A stretch of DNA of 48,353 bases from Nitrospirota bacterium (GCA_016180645.1 JACPAV010000009.1:62001-110353), one strand, 5' to 3'; counted from the stretch's first letter, positions 9,600 through 19,979 are shown. The notes: generated by a model from the sequence alone, not told the origin. A program made the numbers and translations.

Positions 9600-11480
9600 A
9601 TGTGCGGGATTGCCGGTGTCTGGAATTTCAACCGAACTCTTCCGTCGACGGACGTCTTGAGGCGGATGGCGGACTCGCTCCGCCATCGGGGGCCGGATGC
9701 CGAGGGCTTCCACCTCGATGAACATTTCGGCATCGGCCTCGCCCACCGACGGCTCTCCATCATCGACCTGTCGGAACAGGCCAACCAACCCATGTCCGAC
9801 AGTTTCGGCGAGGCGTGGATCGTCTTCAACGGTGAAATCTACAACTATGTTGAGCTGAGGGAGGAGTTGGCCCGAGGCGGCGAGGCGTTCAGAACCCAAT
9901 CCGACACCGAGGTGATCCTCGGGAGCTACCGCCGCTGGGGGATGGACTTCCTGAGCAAACTGCGCGGCATGTTTGCCCTCGCGCTCTTTGATGCCCGTCA
10001 GGGTGTGCTTCTGCTCGCTCGTGATCGGGCCGGCAAGAAACCCCTTTACTACTCGATCAAGGACGGCCGCCTCCTTTTTGGTTCGGAACCCAAAGCCATC
10101 CTCGCCTCCGGTCATCTTACACCCGAACCCGACATGCAGGGACTCGAATGCTACTTAACGTTGGGGTTTGTGCCGCCGCCGAAAACCGGATTCAAGAACG
10201 TCCAGAAACTGCCCCCCGGATGCGTCATGACCGTACGGCAGAATGGCAGCCATTCCATCGAGACCTACTGGAAACCCGATTTTGCCAACAAAACGAATCG
10301 CTCTGTGCAGGAGTGGGAAGAGATCGTTCGTGACCGGTTGCGGGAAGCCGTGCGAATGCGCCTCCGGAGCGACGTTCCGTTGGGCGTTTTCCTGAGCGGG
10401 GGGATCGATTCAAGCGCCGTCACCGCGTTTGCCGCCGAGCACGTGGGGCGCGTAAAAACCTACACCATCGGTTTTCCCCAAGCCCAATGGGATGAGAGGA
10501 AATATGCCCGCCTCGTGGCCGATCGGTTCTCGACGGAACACCACGAATTCGTGGTGGAGCCGAAACCGATGGAAATCCTCCCTCGAGTGGTGAAGCACTA
10601 CGAGGATCCGATCGCCGATGCCTCCGTGATCCCCACGCTCTATGTTTCACAGACGGCCCGACAGCACGTGACCGTGGTGCTGAACGGCGACGGAGGCGAT
10701 GAAGTGTTTGCGGGCTATAGAGGATACCAGGCGTACGCCGCGGCCAAACTCCTCCATGCATGGCCCGGCTCACGCTCGCTCGGGAAACTGGCCGCATTCA
10801 TCCCGGATGGAGGCCGAGGCAGTGCCATCTCCCGGTTGAAGAACCTGCTCGCGCTGGCTCGGGATGCGCATCACTATTCGCTGGAACGGTACTCCATGGG
10901 TTTGACGCAGCCGGAGGTGATGGAACCCCTTTTCGGCCGGGCGTGGCCCAGGAACGGTCCTCTTTATTCCCAGGAAATCTCCCAAGGCGCCGTGGATATC
11001 GCCAGGACGTTGGGCGGTGTGGACCCCGTGCTTTATCTAAACATGGTTCTCGGACTCCCCGGGGGGCTCCTCGTGAAAATGGATCGTGCATCGATGGCCT
11101 TCTCCCTCGAGGCGCGATCGCCGTTCCTCGATCACCTCCTTGTTGAAACGATGGCGTCCGTGCCACCCAACCTGAAACTCCACGGCCTCACGTCCAAGTA
11201 TCTTCTGAAGCGCGCACTGAAGAACATCCTACCCGATGAAATTCTTCATCGGAGCAAAATGGGATTCGGGGTGCCTCTAGGCGAATGGTTCCGGAACGAA
11301 CTCCGCGGTTTCCTCGAAGATACTTTGGGAAACGGGCGGCTGGTCTCACGCGAGTGGATGGCAAAGGATCCGGTGCAACGCCTCATTCAGGAGCACGTTT
11401 CGCGCCGGAAGGACCACTGGCCGGTGCTCTGGACCCTCCTTTTTCTCGAGTTGTGGTGGAGGGAATACCTCCGCGATTGA
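9600..11480 (+). CDS. asnB: Asparagine synthase (glutamine-hydrolysing) family amidotransferase
   Basis: MCGIAG (Ntn Cys), RHRGPD, HRRLSIIDL, FNGEIYNY, FLSGGIDSS, GDGGDEVFAGY, SLEARSPFLD. The context suggests glycan amidation. Confidence 0.95.
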   Translation: MCGIAGVWNFNRTLPSTDVLRRMADSLRHRGPDAEGFHLDEHFGIGLAHRRLSIIDLSEQANQPMSDSFGEAWIVFNGEIYNYVELREELARGGEAFRTQSDTEVILGSYRRWGMDFLSKLRGMFALALFDARQGVLLLARDRAGKKPLYYSIKDGRLLFGSEPKAILASGHLTPEPDMQGLECYLTLGFVPPPKTGFKNVQKLPPGCVMTVRQNGSHSIETYWKPDFANKTNRSVQEWEEIVRDRLREAVRMRLRSDVPLGVFLSGGIDSSAVTAFAAEHVGRVKTYTIGFPQAQWDERKYARLVADRFSTEHHEFVVEPKPMEILPRVVKHYEDPIADASVIPTLYVSQTARQHVTVVLNGDGGDEVFAGYRGYQAYAAAKLLHAWPGSRSLGKLAAFIPDGGRGSAISRLKNLLALARDAHHYSLERYSMGLTQPEVMEPLFGRAWPRNGPLYSQEISQGAVDIARTLGGVDPVLYLNMVLGLPGGLLVKMDRASMAFSLEARSPFLDHLLVETMASVPPNLKLHGLTSKYLLKRALKNILPDEILHRSKMGFGVPLGEWFRNELRGFLEDTLGNGRLVSREWMAKDPVQRLIQEHVSRRKDHWPVLWTLLFLELWWREYLRD

Positions 11481-11534
11481 AAGGTTGGCCGCATCGGCCG
11501 TCTCGTATGAACTCGGTTCCCCGTGCGCATCCGT

Positions 11535-11705
11535 TCAACCCCCCAGCCAGACACGGACGACCGGCAAGAGGCGTTCAACACCGGGTGCGTGCCGCAAGAA
11601 CGTGAAGATGTTCATATACACGAACCGGATGTAGAGAATCATGACCGCTCCGAACCAGAGGCCGGCGCCGATACGGAGCGCGATTCTCGCCATAGAGGCG
11701 CTCAC
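11535..11705 (-). CDS. Small (56 aa) putative membrane protein
   Basis: GTG at 11705 overlaps the upstream stop (GTGA) and follows a G-rich SD-like run; hydrophobic IGAGLWFGAVMILYIRFVYMNIFTFL. Confidence 0.5.
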   Translation of the reverse strand: MSASMARIALRIGAGLWFGAVMILYIRFVYMNIFTFLRHAPGVERLLPVVRVWLGG

Positions 11706-13603
11706 CCTCCCCCCCCCGCCGGAAAATTCACGCGAAACAACCCGATGGCCTTGGTCTCGAAGAGTTTTTCCGCGCAGCAATCCAGAAACCGCTGATAGGC
11801 GGCTTTCGTATCATGCGGTCCCTCTCCGAAAATATCCGGCCTCATCCAGATGTGTGTAATGCCGGATGCCCGCATCTTTCGGAAGAAATCGTCGGACGTG
11901 TTCCAGTCCCTCGGATCGAAATTGACCTGCATGTAACCGGGAAACCCATAGATCCACGGCACATCGAGCAGGGAGCCGGCTATTCCCGCATCGACGAGCA
12001 GGACCCGTTGCGGCGGGCGGAGCGAGCGATTGATGTAGGAAATGACGGGATAGGCATCGGGCATCCGCTCCATCAGAAATGACTCGCGGGACTCCATTCC
12101 CAGGACTACCGGAGCGTAGACGGCACCTTTCGCCAAGGTGAAACCCCATACCGGCAGGGCGGCGATCAGAGCGGGCACACTTGCAACCGCGAGAAGCCGG
12201 GGCGAACGCGCTCGAAGATACACCACCACAGCGCCGGCCGCGGGGGCGACCGTCTGAATGAACGGGTACAGGTGTCTGCCATGCCCGCCACTCGGAAGGT
12301 ACCAGAGATACACTTGGGCCAGACTCCAAAGGATCAAGAACCAAAGCACACGCCCATGCCTCTGGAGGATGATGAACGCCGGGAGGCAGGCGACGGCCCA
12401 TGGACCATACGTCCACTCCATCCATGCGGTTGTGTTGCCTTGCCACCCCGGGGGATCGCAGGCCGCCTTCACGGGCGCAAGGATGAACCCCAAGAAGCTT
12501 CGTTCGATACCTTTCCAGAGTTCCCATGGCATGTTCCCCACCTCATTCAATCGAGCCGAGCCGAATACGGACGCAAGCGAGGGGAATACGGGATTGTGCT
12601 CGAAAACCCAGTTTCGCACGTACCATGGGGAGGCCACAATGAGGGCCACGGCAGCGGCAGCGGCCAGTGAACGTCCGGCCGAGGCGGGCGCCGGCCGAAC
12701 CTTCGGCCACACCCGAGAGGCAAGGGGTAGAAGCGCCAGCCACAAGCCCAGGGCCGCCAAACCTGCGGGTTTCGTCCCCGCTGCGGTGCCTATGAAGAGG
12801 GCTGACAAAAGCAGTCCACACTTATTCCCGGACACCAACCACAGGCCGAACGTGTGCACGGCCAGAATCCACTGAAATGTCAGAAACCCCTCCGCGTATC
12901 CGGACGCCGGAGAATAGGTTACGGCAACGGCCATCCAGAACGGAACGGTCCAGTAGCCGGCCCCCCTCCCAAACCAGCGGTTGCCGTAGGCGATGAGAGC
13001 CAGACCTTCCAGCGCCCATAGGGCCCAACTCATGGCCACGCTGTCCCGAGGGTGAAGCAATATTTCGAACCCGTACAACATCGTCGCATTGAGTGAGAAA
13101 CCGGACCGCAACCAGGTCGGATGGTGTTCGTAACCCCCCACCACGCTGTAAAGCTTGGCCAAACCGAGGTGATATTGTCCCGCATCCGAGCTGTCCGGCG
13201 GTGCGAGCGCCATCACGAGCGCGACCATGGCCAACAGCGCGCATAGAATCACCAGACTTCTCGCCCACGCATCGGCTTCGCTCCACTTCAGCCGGATGGC
13301 CGTCCACGCGCGGCTCCCCCCGGTCTTTAGCTCTCGCCAACGCCGGGCCGCCGCCAAGAGCGAAACGCCCCACACTCCCCAGGCGAATGCCGGCCGAAAG
13401 AGACCGAGCAGACATGCCACGCTCGCGATCCAGGAAAGAATCGCAAGAGCCGCTCCCGCTGAAATCACGCCTTCTTCCAAGATCGAATCTCCCAGATGAA
13501 GGCGGCAAACAACGGGCCGTACACTTGCAGCGAGAGCGACGATGAGACTCGTGGCCAGTGCCACATGCAGAAGGGAATCCATCACCGCCATCCTCCGCCT
13601 CAA
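11702..13603 (-). CDS. Polytopic membrane protein, GT-C (ArnT/PMT-like) glycosyltransferase
   Basis: Many TM segments; PPDSSDAGQYHL first-loop motif, AGTKPAG, ASPWYVRNW...NPVFP and a C-terminal GITHI. True start may be ATG 13591 or 13582. Confidence 0.75.
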   Translation of the reverse strand: MRRRMAVMDSLLHVALATSLIVALAASVRPVVCRLHLGDSILEEGVISAGAALAILSWIASVACLLGLFRPAFAWGVWGVSLLAAARRWRELKTGGSRAWTAIRLKWSEADAWARSLVILCALLAMVALVMALAPPDSSDAGQYHLGLAKLYSVVGGYEHHPTWLRSGFSLNATMLYGFEILLHPRDSVAMSWALWALEGLALIAYGNRWFGRGAGYWTVPFWMAVAVTYSPASGYAEGFLTFQWILAVHTFGLWLVSGNKCGLLLSALFIGTAAGTKPAGLAALGLWLALLPLASRVWPKVRPAPASAGRSLAAAAAVALIVASPWYVRNWVFEHNPVFPSLASVFGSARLNEVGNMPWELWKGIERSFLGFILAPVKAACDPPGWQGNTTAWMEWTYGPWAVACLPAFIILQRHGRVLWFLILWSLAQVYLWYLPSGGHGRHLYPFIQTVAPAAGAVVVYLRARSPRLLAVASVPALIAALPVWGFTLAKGAVYAPVVLGMESRESFLMERMPDAYPVISYINRSLRPPQRVLLVDAGIAGSLLDVPWIYGFPGYMQVNFDPRDWNTSDDFFRKMRASGITHIWMRPDIFGEGPHDTKAAYQRFLDCCAEKLFETKAIGLFRVNFPAGGGG

Positions 13604-13804
13604 CTACCTCCGGAAAAGCCGTATCCGGGCGACCCGCCCCGAAAATGGGTAATGAAATCGGCCGAAGCGCATCCATTTCATGGGCATGAGCATATATGGA
13701 AGGGAACCGGTTGCCCATTCAATGCCCTCACTCAACCCACCGTCCTTCGGTAGCGCCACTCGCACCGGGTTGAGGCACCTGGGAAGGGTTGATATGGTTG
13801 TCCG

Positions 13805-14737
13805 GTGCTCATGCGGGCTCTTTCCCTCGCGGATCTCCCTGCGCCTCCGGCAGGCAAGACCGGCTGGCCTTGGACGGAGGAGTCCGACGCCGTCCCGGAG
13901 ACTCCAACCCTCGGTGGCCGCTGGCCCAGAATCACCGTGGTCACTCCATCGCTGAACCAGGGGCGTTTCATCGAGGCCACCATCCGCTCGGTTCTTTTGC
14001 AGCGATATCCAAATACCGAGTATTTCATCATGGATGGCGGATCCACGGACGCGACCGTCGAGATCATACGGAAATATGAACCGTTCCTCAGCGGTTGGGT
14101 CAGTGAAACGGACCAAGGTCAGGCCGATGCCATCAACAAGGGATTGCGGCGTTCGACGGGGGACATCGAAGGCTACCAGAACTCCGATGACGGTTACCTT
14201 CCGGGGGCGTTCAGGCGGGTGGCGGAGAGCCGGCTTCAGGGCTGCGATTTCATCTATGGCAATCAGGTCGAGAAGAACGTGGATGGGCGCGTCGTCCGCA
14301 GGAACCGGCTGCCGAACATCCATCCACGCCGGTATGTTCTTTATGCTTCCGGTTCTCTCTTCCCGGAGGCCTGTTTTTGGAGCCGGGAGATTCGGCAGTC
14401 CATCGGCTGGTTCAAGGAGAATCGATACAGTCTGGATACGGACTGGTTCTATCGAGTCACGGAGAAAATCAAGAAGCCGCGCCACCTGGACGAGTATCTG
14501 GCCTGGTTTACCGAACATCCAGGCCGCAAGACTCAGGAACGGGACGCAAACGGCGTTCGAATCGGACTTCAGTACGCGGACCACCCTCTCAAGGACTACC
14601 TCCGAGAAAGGGGCATCTCACGTTTTCGTCAATTTCTCGGAGCGATGATCTACATACCGCTGAAAAGAATTCATTACGGTCGGTTCCCCGTGCCTTTTCC
14701 AACGCCGGCGACGGTCAAAAGGTTCTTCAAACGGTAG
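13805..14737 (+). CDS. Glycosyltransferase family 2
   Basis: PRITVVTPSLNQGRFIEATIRSVLLQRYP, DGGSTD, DQGQADAINKG, NSDD. Confidence 0.93.
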   Translation: MLMRALSLADLPAPPAGKTGWPWTEESDAVPETPTLGGRWPRITVVTPSLNQGRFIEATIRSVLLQRYPNTEYFIMDGGSTDATVEIIRKYEPFLSGWVSETDQGQADAINKGLRRSTGDIEGYQNSDDGYLPGAFRRVAESRLQGCDFIYGNQVEKNVDGRVVRRNRLPNIHPRRYVLYASGSLFPEACFWSREIRQSIGWFKENRYSLDTDWFYRVTEKIKKPRHLDEYLAWFTEHPGRKTQERDANGVRIGLQYADHPLKDYLRERGISRFRQFLGAMIYIPLKRIHYGRFPVPFPTPATVKRFFKR

Positions 14738-14748
14738 GGCACGCACCC

Positions 14749-15387
14749 ATGAGGGCTGAACGGACCGGCCTTCTCCAGTCACTCCTCGGAAAGAACGTGA
14801 ATCATTGGACGCCGAGGTACATCTGGGACCGGTCGCTGGCAGGCTTCTACCGGCTCCTTCATCCGGGATCACCGTGGCTGACGAGACACGCGGTTCGAAT
14901 TCTGGAAAGCCGACTCGCGCCCCGGGATCGGGGGCTGGAATTCGGGGCGGGCGGAAGCACCCTCTGGTTTGGCCGCCGGGTGGGTTCCCTGACCAGCGTC
15001 GAACACGACCCCCTATGGTACGGAAGAGTCGGAGATCGGATCAGGAAGAGCGGAATGGAAAACGTCGATTTGCGATTGAGAACATCAACAGACTACACCC
15101 GAGTACTCGACGAACTGGAGGACGGATCGCTGGATTTCGTTCTTGTCGACGGTGTGTTCCGGGACCACTGCGCGGCAGCAGCCCTTCGAAAACTGAAGGG
15201 CGGCGGCACCCTCATCATCGACGACATCCATTGGTTCGTCCCGAATGAAAGTCGTTGTCCGGGCTCCCGGCGTGAGGGCTACGAATCCCCCATGTGGAAA
15301 ACCGTATTTCACCAAGTGGAAAATTGGAGCCCCGAATGGACTTCCGATGGTCTTACGGACACGCTGATCCTGACCAAGCCCGGATAG
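14749..15387 (+). CDS. Class I SAM-dependent methyltransferase
   Basis: PWLT, LEFGAGGSTLWF (motif I), SVEHD, DFVLVDG..R, LKGGGTLIIDD. ATG 14749 follows the GT2 stop. Confidence 0.85.
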   Translation: MRAERTGLLQSLLGKNVNHWTPRYIWDRSLAGFYRLLHPGSPWLTRHAVRILESRLAPRDRGLEFGAGGSTLWFGRRVGSLTSVEHDPLWYGRVGDRIRKSGMENVDLRLRTSTDYTRVLDELEDGSLDFVLVDGVFRDHCAAAALRKLKGGGTLIIDDIHWFVPNESRCPGSRREGYESPMWKTVFHQVENWSPEWTSDGLTDTLILTKPG

Positions 15388-15395
15388 TCCCCCCC

Positions 15396-16658
15396 TCATC
15401 CTCGATCCCCGGCAAGCTTCTTGCACCCCGACAGCAGCCTCTCGGCTGAACCCGCCCAACTGAACATCAAGGCCGTCTTGAGGGCCCCACGGCTCATTCG
15501 GGAACGATTTCCCTTCGAGCCAAGCACCCTCTCGATCCGATCGGCCAGCGCCTCGGCATCTCTCGGTGGAACGACATATCCGTTCTCTCCGTCGCGAATC
15601 ACATCCGGGCCGCCCGTATGTGTCGAGGCAATCACCGGGCATCCGCAAGCCATGGCTTCGAGGATGACCATGCCGAATCCATCCTGGACGGAGGGCAGCA
15701 CGAGGACGGCACTGCTCCGGTAAAGGTCACGCAACTTCTCCTGCGGAACCGGCGGGAAATGCGTGAACGAGACACCCATCTTCCGAACCAATTCTCCGCA
15801 CGCCGGATCCATCGCCCCAACCAGCAGCAGATCCTCGCTCTTCAACCCCAGCTTGAGCGCAGCCTCCGCCAGGTAGGGAATTCCTTTCTCCAGACCGATC
15901 CCTCCGGCAAACAGCACCCGCCCACCCACCGGTCCTCCCGAGGGAGAAAACAGATCGGTATCCACGCCGGGATTGGAGATGATCAGCCGTCGATCGGGAA
16001 ATCCGCGCTTTCGAAAGGTCTTTTTCGAGAACGTCGAGAGAACGAAGACGGCATCGGCCCGATCATATTCTTCCGTCTCCTTCTCAACCCAGTACCGATC
16101 GAAGGCGAAGGGAACAGCCCACCTTTCGTACTCTTCCTTGAGGAGCGCGTATTGTGTTTCAATGTGCGCCGAGCCCCTGAACAGCACGGTCCGCGCCCCC
16201 ATTTCCGTTGCGCGGACCATGCTTCGCATCGCCGCGAGGGAGCGCACCAGCAGGACATCCGTCCCTTCCAGTTGCTTTGACGCCCACCGGTCGAAAAGAT
16301 CGCAGGACAGCCGGGTCATCCGTTCAGAGAGGGTCCGGTTTCCCAAGGCGCGCCCCAATCGCGCGGCCTCAACCCAAGGGGCCACACGGCACCTGCCGGC
16401 CGTGATCTTCTCGGGATCGTTGCGAAACGCCTTCAGCCATCGTTGCCTCCCCGAGTAGAGATTCGTAACCAGCCGGTGAAGGTGCCCTTTCCGTTCCAAT
16501 TCCTGGGCGAGGTACAAGAGAATGAACTTCCCCAGCGTGGAAACGGTGATCCGGGGCCGCCGGGCTGATTCGTCCGCTTTCACCCTCGCCCCCCATCGAC
16601 TCGCCTCCGTACAGACATGGTGGATGATGTATAGCAGGAATGGAGGTGCCCTGACCAT
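15396..16658 (-). CDS. Glycosyltransferase family 4
   Basis: PGVDTDLF, VLFAGGIGLEKG, LVLPSVQDGFGMVILEAMACGCPVI, IRDGENGYVVP. Start uncertain, possibly GTG near 16583. Confidence 0.93.
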   Translation of the reverse strand: MVRAPPFLLYIIHHVCTEASRWGARVKADESARRPRITVSTLGKFILLYLAQELERKGHLHRLVTNLYSGRQRWLKAFRNDPEKITAGRCRVAPWVEAARLGRALGNRTLSERMTRLSCDLFDRWASKQLEGTDVLLVRSLAAMRSMVRATEMGARTVLFRGSAHIETQYALLKEEYERWAVPFAFDRYWVEKETEEYDRADAVFVLSTFSKKTFRKRGFPDRRLIISNPGVDTDLFSPSGGPVGGRVLFAGGIGLEKGIPYLAEAALKLGLKSEDLLLVGAMDPACGELVRKMGVSFTHFPPVPQEKLRDLYRSSAVLVLPSVQDGFGMVILEAMACGCPVIASTHTGGPDVIRDGENGYVVPPRDAEALADRIERVLGSKGNRSRMSRGALKTALMFSWAGSAERLLSGCKKLAGDRG

Positions 16659-16717
16659 CGCCGCTCATTCGGGGTGGGGGCGACTTCGAGCGCCGATTTT
16701 GATAATCCTTCTCCAAC

Positions 16718-17671
16718 ATGTCTGCGCTGAAGTTTTCGATCGTGATCCCTTGCTACAATGAAGGGGAGGATGTCCGGCTCTCGCTCGATGCCGCGCTGGG
16801 ACAGGACTGGCCGATGACGGAAGTCCTGGTCGTCGATGACGCCTCGACGGACGGCACGGCACAGATGCTGAAGGATTACGGCCGCAGGAACCGAAATCTC
16901 GTGGTGCTGGCGCATTCTTCGAATCGAGGCGTGGCCTCGGCCCGGAACACGGGGATCAGGGCGTCTTCGGGCGACGTGGTCGTCATCCTCAACGCCGATG
17001 TCTCCCCGCCCCCGGATTTCCTCCGCCGGATTTCCACGCACTACGGGGCCGGCGCCGATCTGGTCCTCGTGGAATCCGAGGTCTCCAACCAATCCAGGGT
17101 TTACCCACGTTTTCTCGAGGCCCAACATCATTACAACTACGATCACGACCCGACCATCGTGTGGTCGGAAGGCTTCTCATGCCGGAAGCCGGCGGCTATC
17201 GAGGTCGGGCTTTTCCCCGAACGAATCCCGGGTTGCGGCGGCGAGGATGCGGTCTTCGGGAGGGCTCTTTGTGCAAGATTCAAGAAGGTCATCGACAAAT
17301 CCATCGTTGTGCCCCATGTCGCCCCTGCAACCTTATCGGCCTTTTGGGCTCAGAGGGTGAGCCGGGGCCGGGGCGCGGCGTTCACGCATTTCTTTGTAGA
17401 GGGCCGTGCGCCGGCGGGCCTGGCCATCCGCTTTGGGGGAAAGCTGGTGCTGGGTTCCCTCATCGACCTGGCAACATTCCCCCGTTTCTTCCTCAGCTAC
17501 GTGGGCCGTCCTCAACAAATCCATCGAGGGTGGAGAGACCTGATTCCGTTCTTCTGGGCCAACCTCGTGCAGAGCGCGGGTCACCGATGGGGTGAATGGG
17601 CTGGATGGCTGAAACTCGTCCGGCGGCGTGAGGAAATCTCCGAGGCCGACCGACGGCTTTCCAAGGGATAG
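16718..17671 (+). CDS. Glycosyltransferase family 2
   Basis: FSIVIPCYNE, VVDDASTDGT, NRGVASARNTG, ILNAD, GEDAVF, QRVSRGRG. Confidence 0.93.
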   Translation: MSALKFSIVIPCYNEGEDVRLSLDAALGQDWPMTEVLVVDDASTDGTAQMLKDYGRRNRNLVVLAHSSNRGVASARNTGIRASSGDVVVILNADVSPPPDFLRRISTHYGAGADLVLVESEVSNQSRVYPRFLEAQHHYNYDHDPTIVWSEGFSCRKPAAIEVGLFPERIPGCGGEDAVFGRALCARFKKVIDKSIVVPHVAPATLSAFWAQRVSRGRGAAFTHFFVEGRAPAGLAIRFGGKLVLGSLIDLATFPRFFLSYVGRPQQIHRGWRDLIPFFWANLVQSAGHRWGEWAGWLKLVRRREEISEADRRLSKG

Positions 17672-17696
17672 GATGCCGTCTATACTCAGCGGCCAC

Positions 17697-17777
17697 GGGC
17701 GGATGGCGGAATGGCAGACGCGTACGGCTCAGGACCGTATGGGGAAACCCGTGGAGGTTCAAATCCTCTTCCGCCCA
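17697..17777 (+). tRNA. tRNA-Leu(CAG), CCA not encoded
   Basis: Acceptor stem GGGCGGA/TCCGCCC, anticodon arm TACGG-CTCAGGA-CCGTA, long variable arm, GGTTCAAATCC; a TATACT -10 box lies at 17681-17686. Confidence 0.97.
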
Positions 17778-17810
17778 CGTGCCAGTCCTCGAAGCGCGGG
17801 GACGGTGTCC

Positions 17811-18539
17811 TCACGGACTTCCCTTCCGGAAAGAAGCCCCGAAAAGGTACGCCGTAGTGACGGCCTGGAAGGAAATGCCCGTCGGATACGCCAGGAAAGC
17901 CAGCCCACCCATGATTCCCGCCAGCCACGCCCACTTCTTCAGGCTTCGCTCGCTTGCGCTCTCCCGAGTCTTCGCAACGCAGCCCAGAAGCGCCAGGCCG
18001 AGGAAGGACAAGAGGGCATCCGGACGTCCGCTTCGAGCAGACCAGATGAAGAGCGGATGACAAATGAGGAACAGCGCCGCCCACAAGGCATGGGTCCTGC
18101 TCTCAAATCATCGGGCCGCCAGCGCGTAATGCAGGCCAACCGACAGCGCCGCAAAGATGAGCGGCACAAGCCGAGTCTGAACGATTCCGAATTCAAAAGA
18201 ACGATCAACGCCGGACAGGAAAATCGGAAGAGCGGGGCGCTGAAAGAGCAATGCGCGTCTCCACCCGGCAATCCCCCCCAATAAAACGTCCGCAACACAC
18301 CTCCGGAAGCCGGTTCTCGGCCCACGCTCGAATAGTCGACCTCATCGTTCCATACCACGGTTCCCCGTACCAGGAAGAGAGCGTTCGCCATGAACGTGCA
18401 TACGACCGGCGGGGAGCTTCCACCCACCTTGTCCAGATCGTCGAGAATGATGTCGAACTCGCCGATGAAGATCCCGAAACGGCGGAAGGATCGATCCGGA
18501 CGCGATCGGATGGCAGGCTTGTTCGTGGCTTCAGGTCAT
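17811..18539 (-). pseudogene. Degraded ArnT/PMT-like membrane glycosyltransferase (5' part only)
   Basis: VWNDEVDY lies in one frame; a second frame gives FGIVQTRLVPLIFAALSVGLHYALAAR*FESRTHALWAALFLICHPLFIWSARSGRPDALL with an in-frame TGA at 18110-18108. It ends just short of tRNA-Leu. Confidence 0.75.
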
Positions 18540-18545
18540 GTCAGA

Positions 18546-19898
18546 TCATCGGCGAACCCATCCCGGAAGGGCATGCACGCCAAGAAGAAGAAGCGAAGGC
18601 AACACCGTGACGAAAAAATGGCCATGGACCCGGGTGAACACGTGAGGGATGAGATAGCCCGCCACGAGGACGACCAGAGCAATTCCCTCGCGTGAGGGTC
18701 GCCGGGTCAATCGTACGGCCCCCACAACGACCATCAGCCAAATAACAGCAGAGTAGAACCTCAGGAAGGCGTCCATGATCGTCCGGACCCATGGCCTGAC
18801 TGCCCGGTCCAGCGCCGCATGGTCCAATGAAAGTGCCTCAAGCTCAAGATCCAAGAACGACACCGGCGTGACCAGGGTTATCAAGAAATACTTGAGGGGA
18901 TTATTGGTGATCCATTCCACCGTCATCTCTCGCAGCACACGCTCCGCATAGAGCTCATCCGTTCGCGCCAACATCGCTCGACCTCTCGCCTCCGAACAGT
19001 ATCGGACCGATTTTTGATCCCGGAACGAGTCCGCGCGCGGGAAAAGCTTTCCCGAAAGCCTCGTTGAATACAGGCTGACCGCGTACGGAAGAAGATCCTT
19101 GTAGGCAAAGGGGTCGCGCAGGACGGCGGTCTTCTCACACAGAGTCCACATCACTCGCGAGGGGCCCACCCGAACTCCGCCGAACACCTTCCAGTTCCTG
19201 TACACCCATGGAGAAATCACGACGACCCATATGCCGGCGAACAGGGCCGTTTGCCGGATCATCACTTTCGCCCCTCGTTCACGCCAGAGGAATAGGGCCG
19301 CAAAGACGGCCACGATAATCGTGAGTCCGACTCCTTGAACGCGGGATAGGGAAAGCAATGCCATCCCTCCTCCCAGCGCAACCGCTTGCCACCCCCGGCC
19401 CACGGGGTAAAACCGCACCATGAACCAGGCCACGGCTGAAAAGATGAGTGCGGAGAGATTCTCCTCCGCTGGACGGCCGACGGAAGTTATCAAAGTCGGA
19501 TCCAAGGCCGCGAGCGCGGCTGCAGCATGCGCCAGGCGCACCGATCCGAGCCGTCGGGCAGCCAGGAACACCAGGAGAGTGGTCAACGTGTGCAGCAGTG
19601 CGTGGACGACTACAACTGCCCGGTAGTCGGACCCGGTCGAATTGAGAACAAGACTCAACAATATCGGATACAGCGGCTCGTGAATCATGGTCGGCCGGGC
19701 GGATGCACGGTCGGCCGCCGTATCCGTCTCATAGGCTTTCATCCCGTACGACCCCGTGTCCAGCGGGTGGCCGGCCACCACAAAGCGCCAGCGGAAGGAG
19801 CCCCCGGATTCCAACCCCAATACGTTCAAACCGGCCATCAGAGAAACCAAGAACGAGACCAGAAGAATCGTTGCGGAGGCAATTCGGTGCGGGGCCAC
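18546..19898 (-). CDS. Polytopic membrane protein, GT39/ArnT-like glycosyltransferase
   Basis: DTGSY, HEPLYPILL, AEENL and SPWVYRNWKVFG with multiple TM helices. Confidence 0.78.
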   Translation of the reverse strand: MAPHRIASATILLVSFLVSLMAGLNVLGLESGGSFRWRFVVAGHPLDTGSYGMKAYETDTAADRASARPTMIHEPLYPILLSLVLNSTGSDYRAVVVVHALLHTLTTLLVFLAARRLGSVRLAHAAAALAALDPTLITSVGRPAEENLSALIFSAVAWFMVRFYPVGRGWQAVALGGGMALLSLSRVQGVGLTIIVAVFAALFLWRERGAKVMIRQTALFAGIWVVVISPWVYRNWKVFGGVRVGPSRVMWTLCEKTAVLRDPFAYKDLLPYAVSLYSTRLSGKLFPRADSFRDQKSVRYCSEARGRAMLARTDELYAERVLREMTVEWITNNPLKYFLITLVTPVSFLDLELEALSLDHAALDRAVRPWVRTIMDAFLRFYSAVIWLMVVVGAVRLTRRPSREGIALVVLVAGYLIPHVFTRVHGHFFVTVLPSLLLLGVHALPGWVRR

Positions 19899-19979
19899 GG
19901 GAAAGCCTACGCTACGTTATCCCCCATCCCGGCGCAAGGAGCTCCGTGCATCCGGATGGACAAGGATCCGCATCCTGGG

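Noticed and set aside
18108-18110. In-frame TGA as selenocysteine or recoding
   Set aside because: The same gene also has a frameshift and is truncated, and the position is not a Cys-type site; pseudogenisation is simpler.
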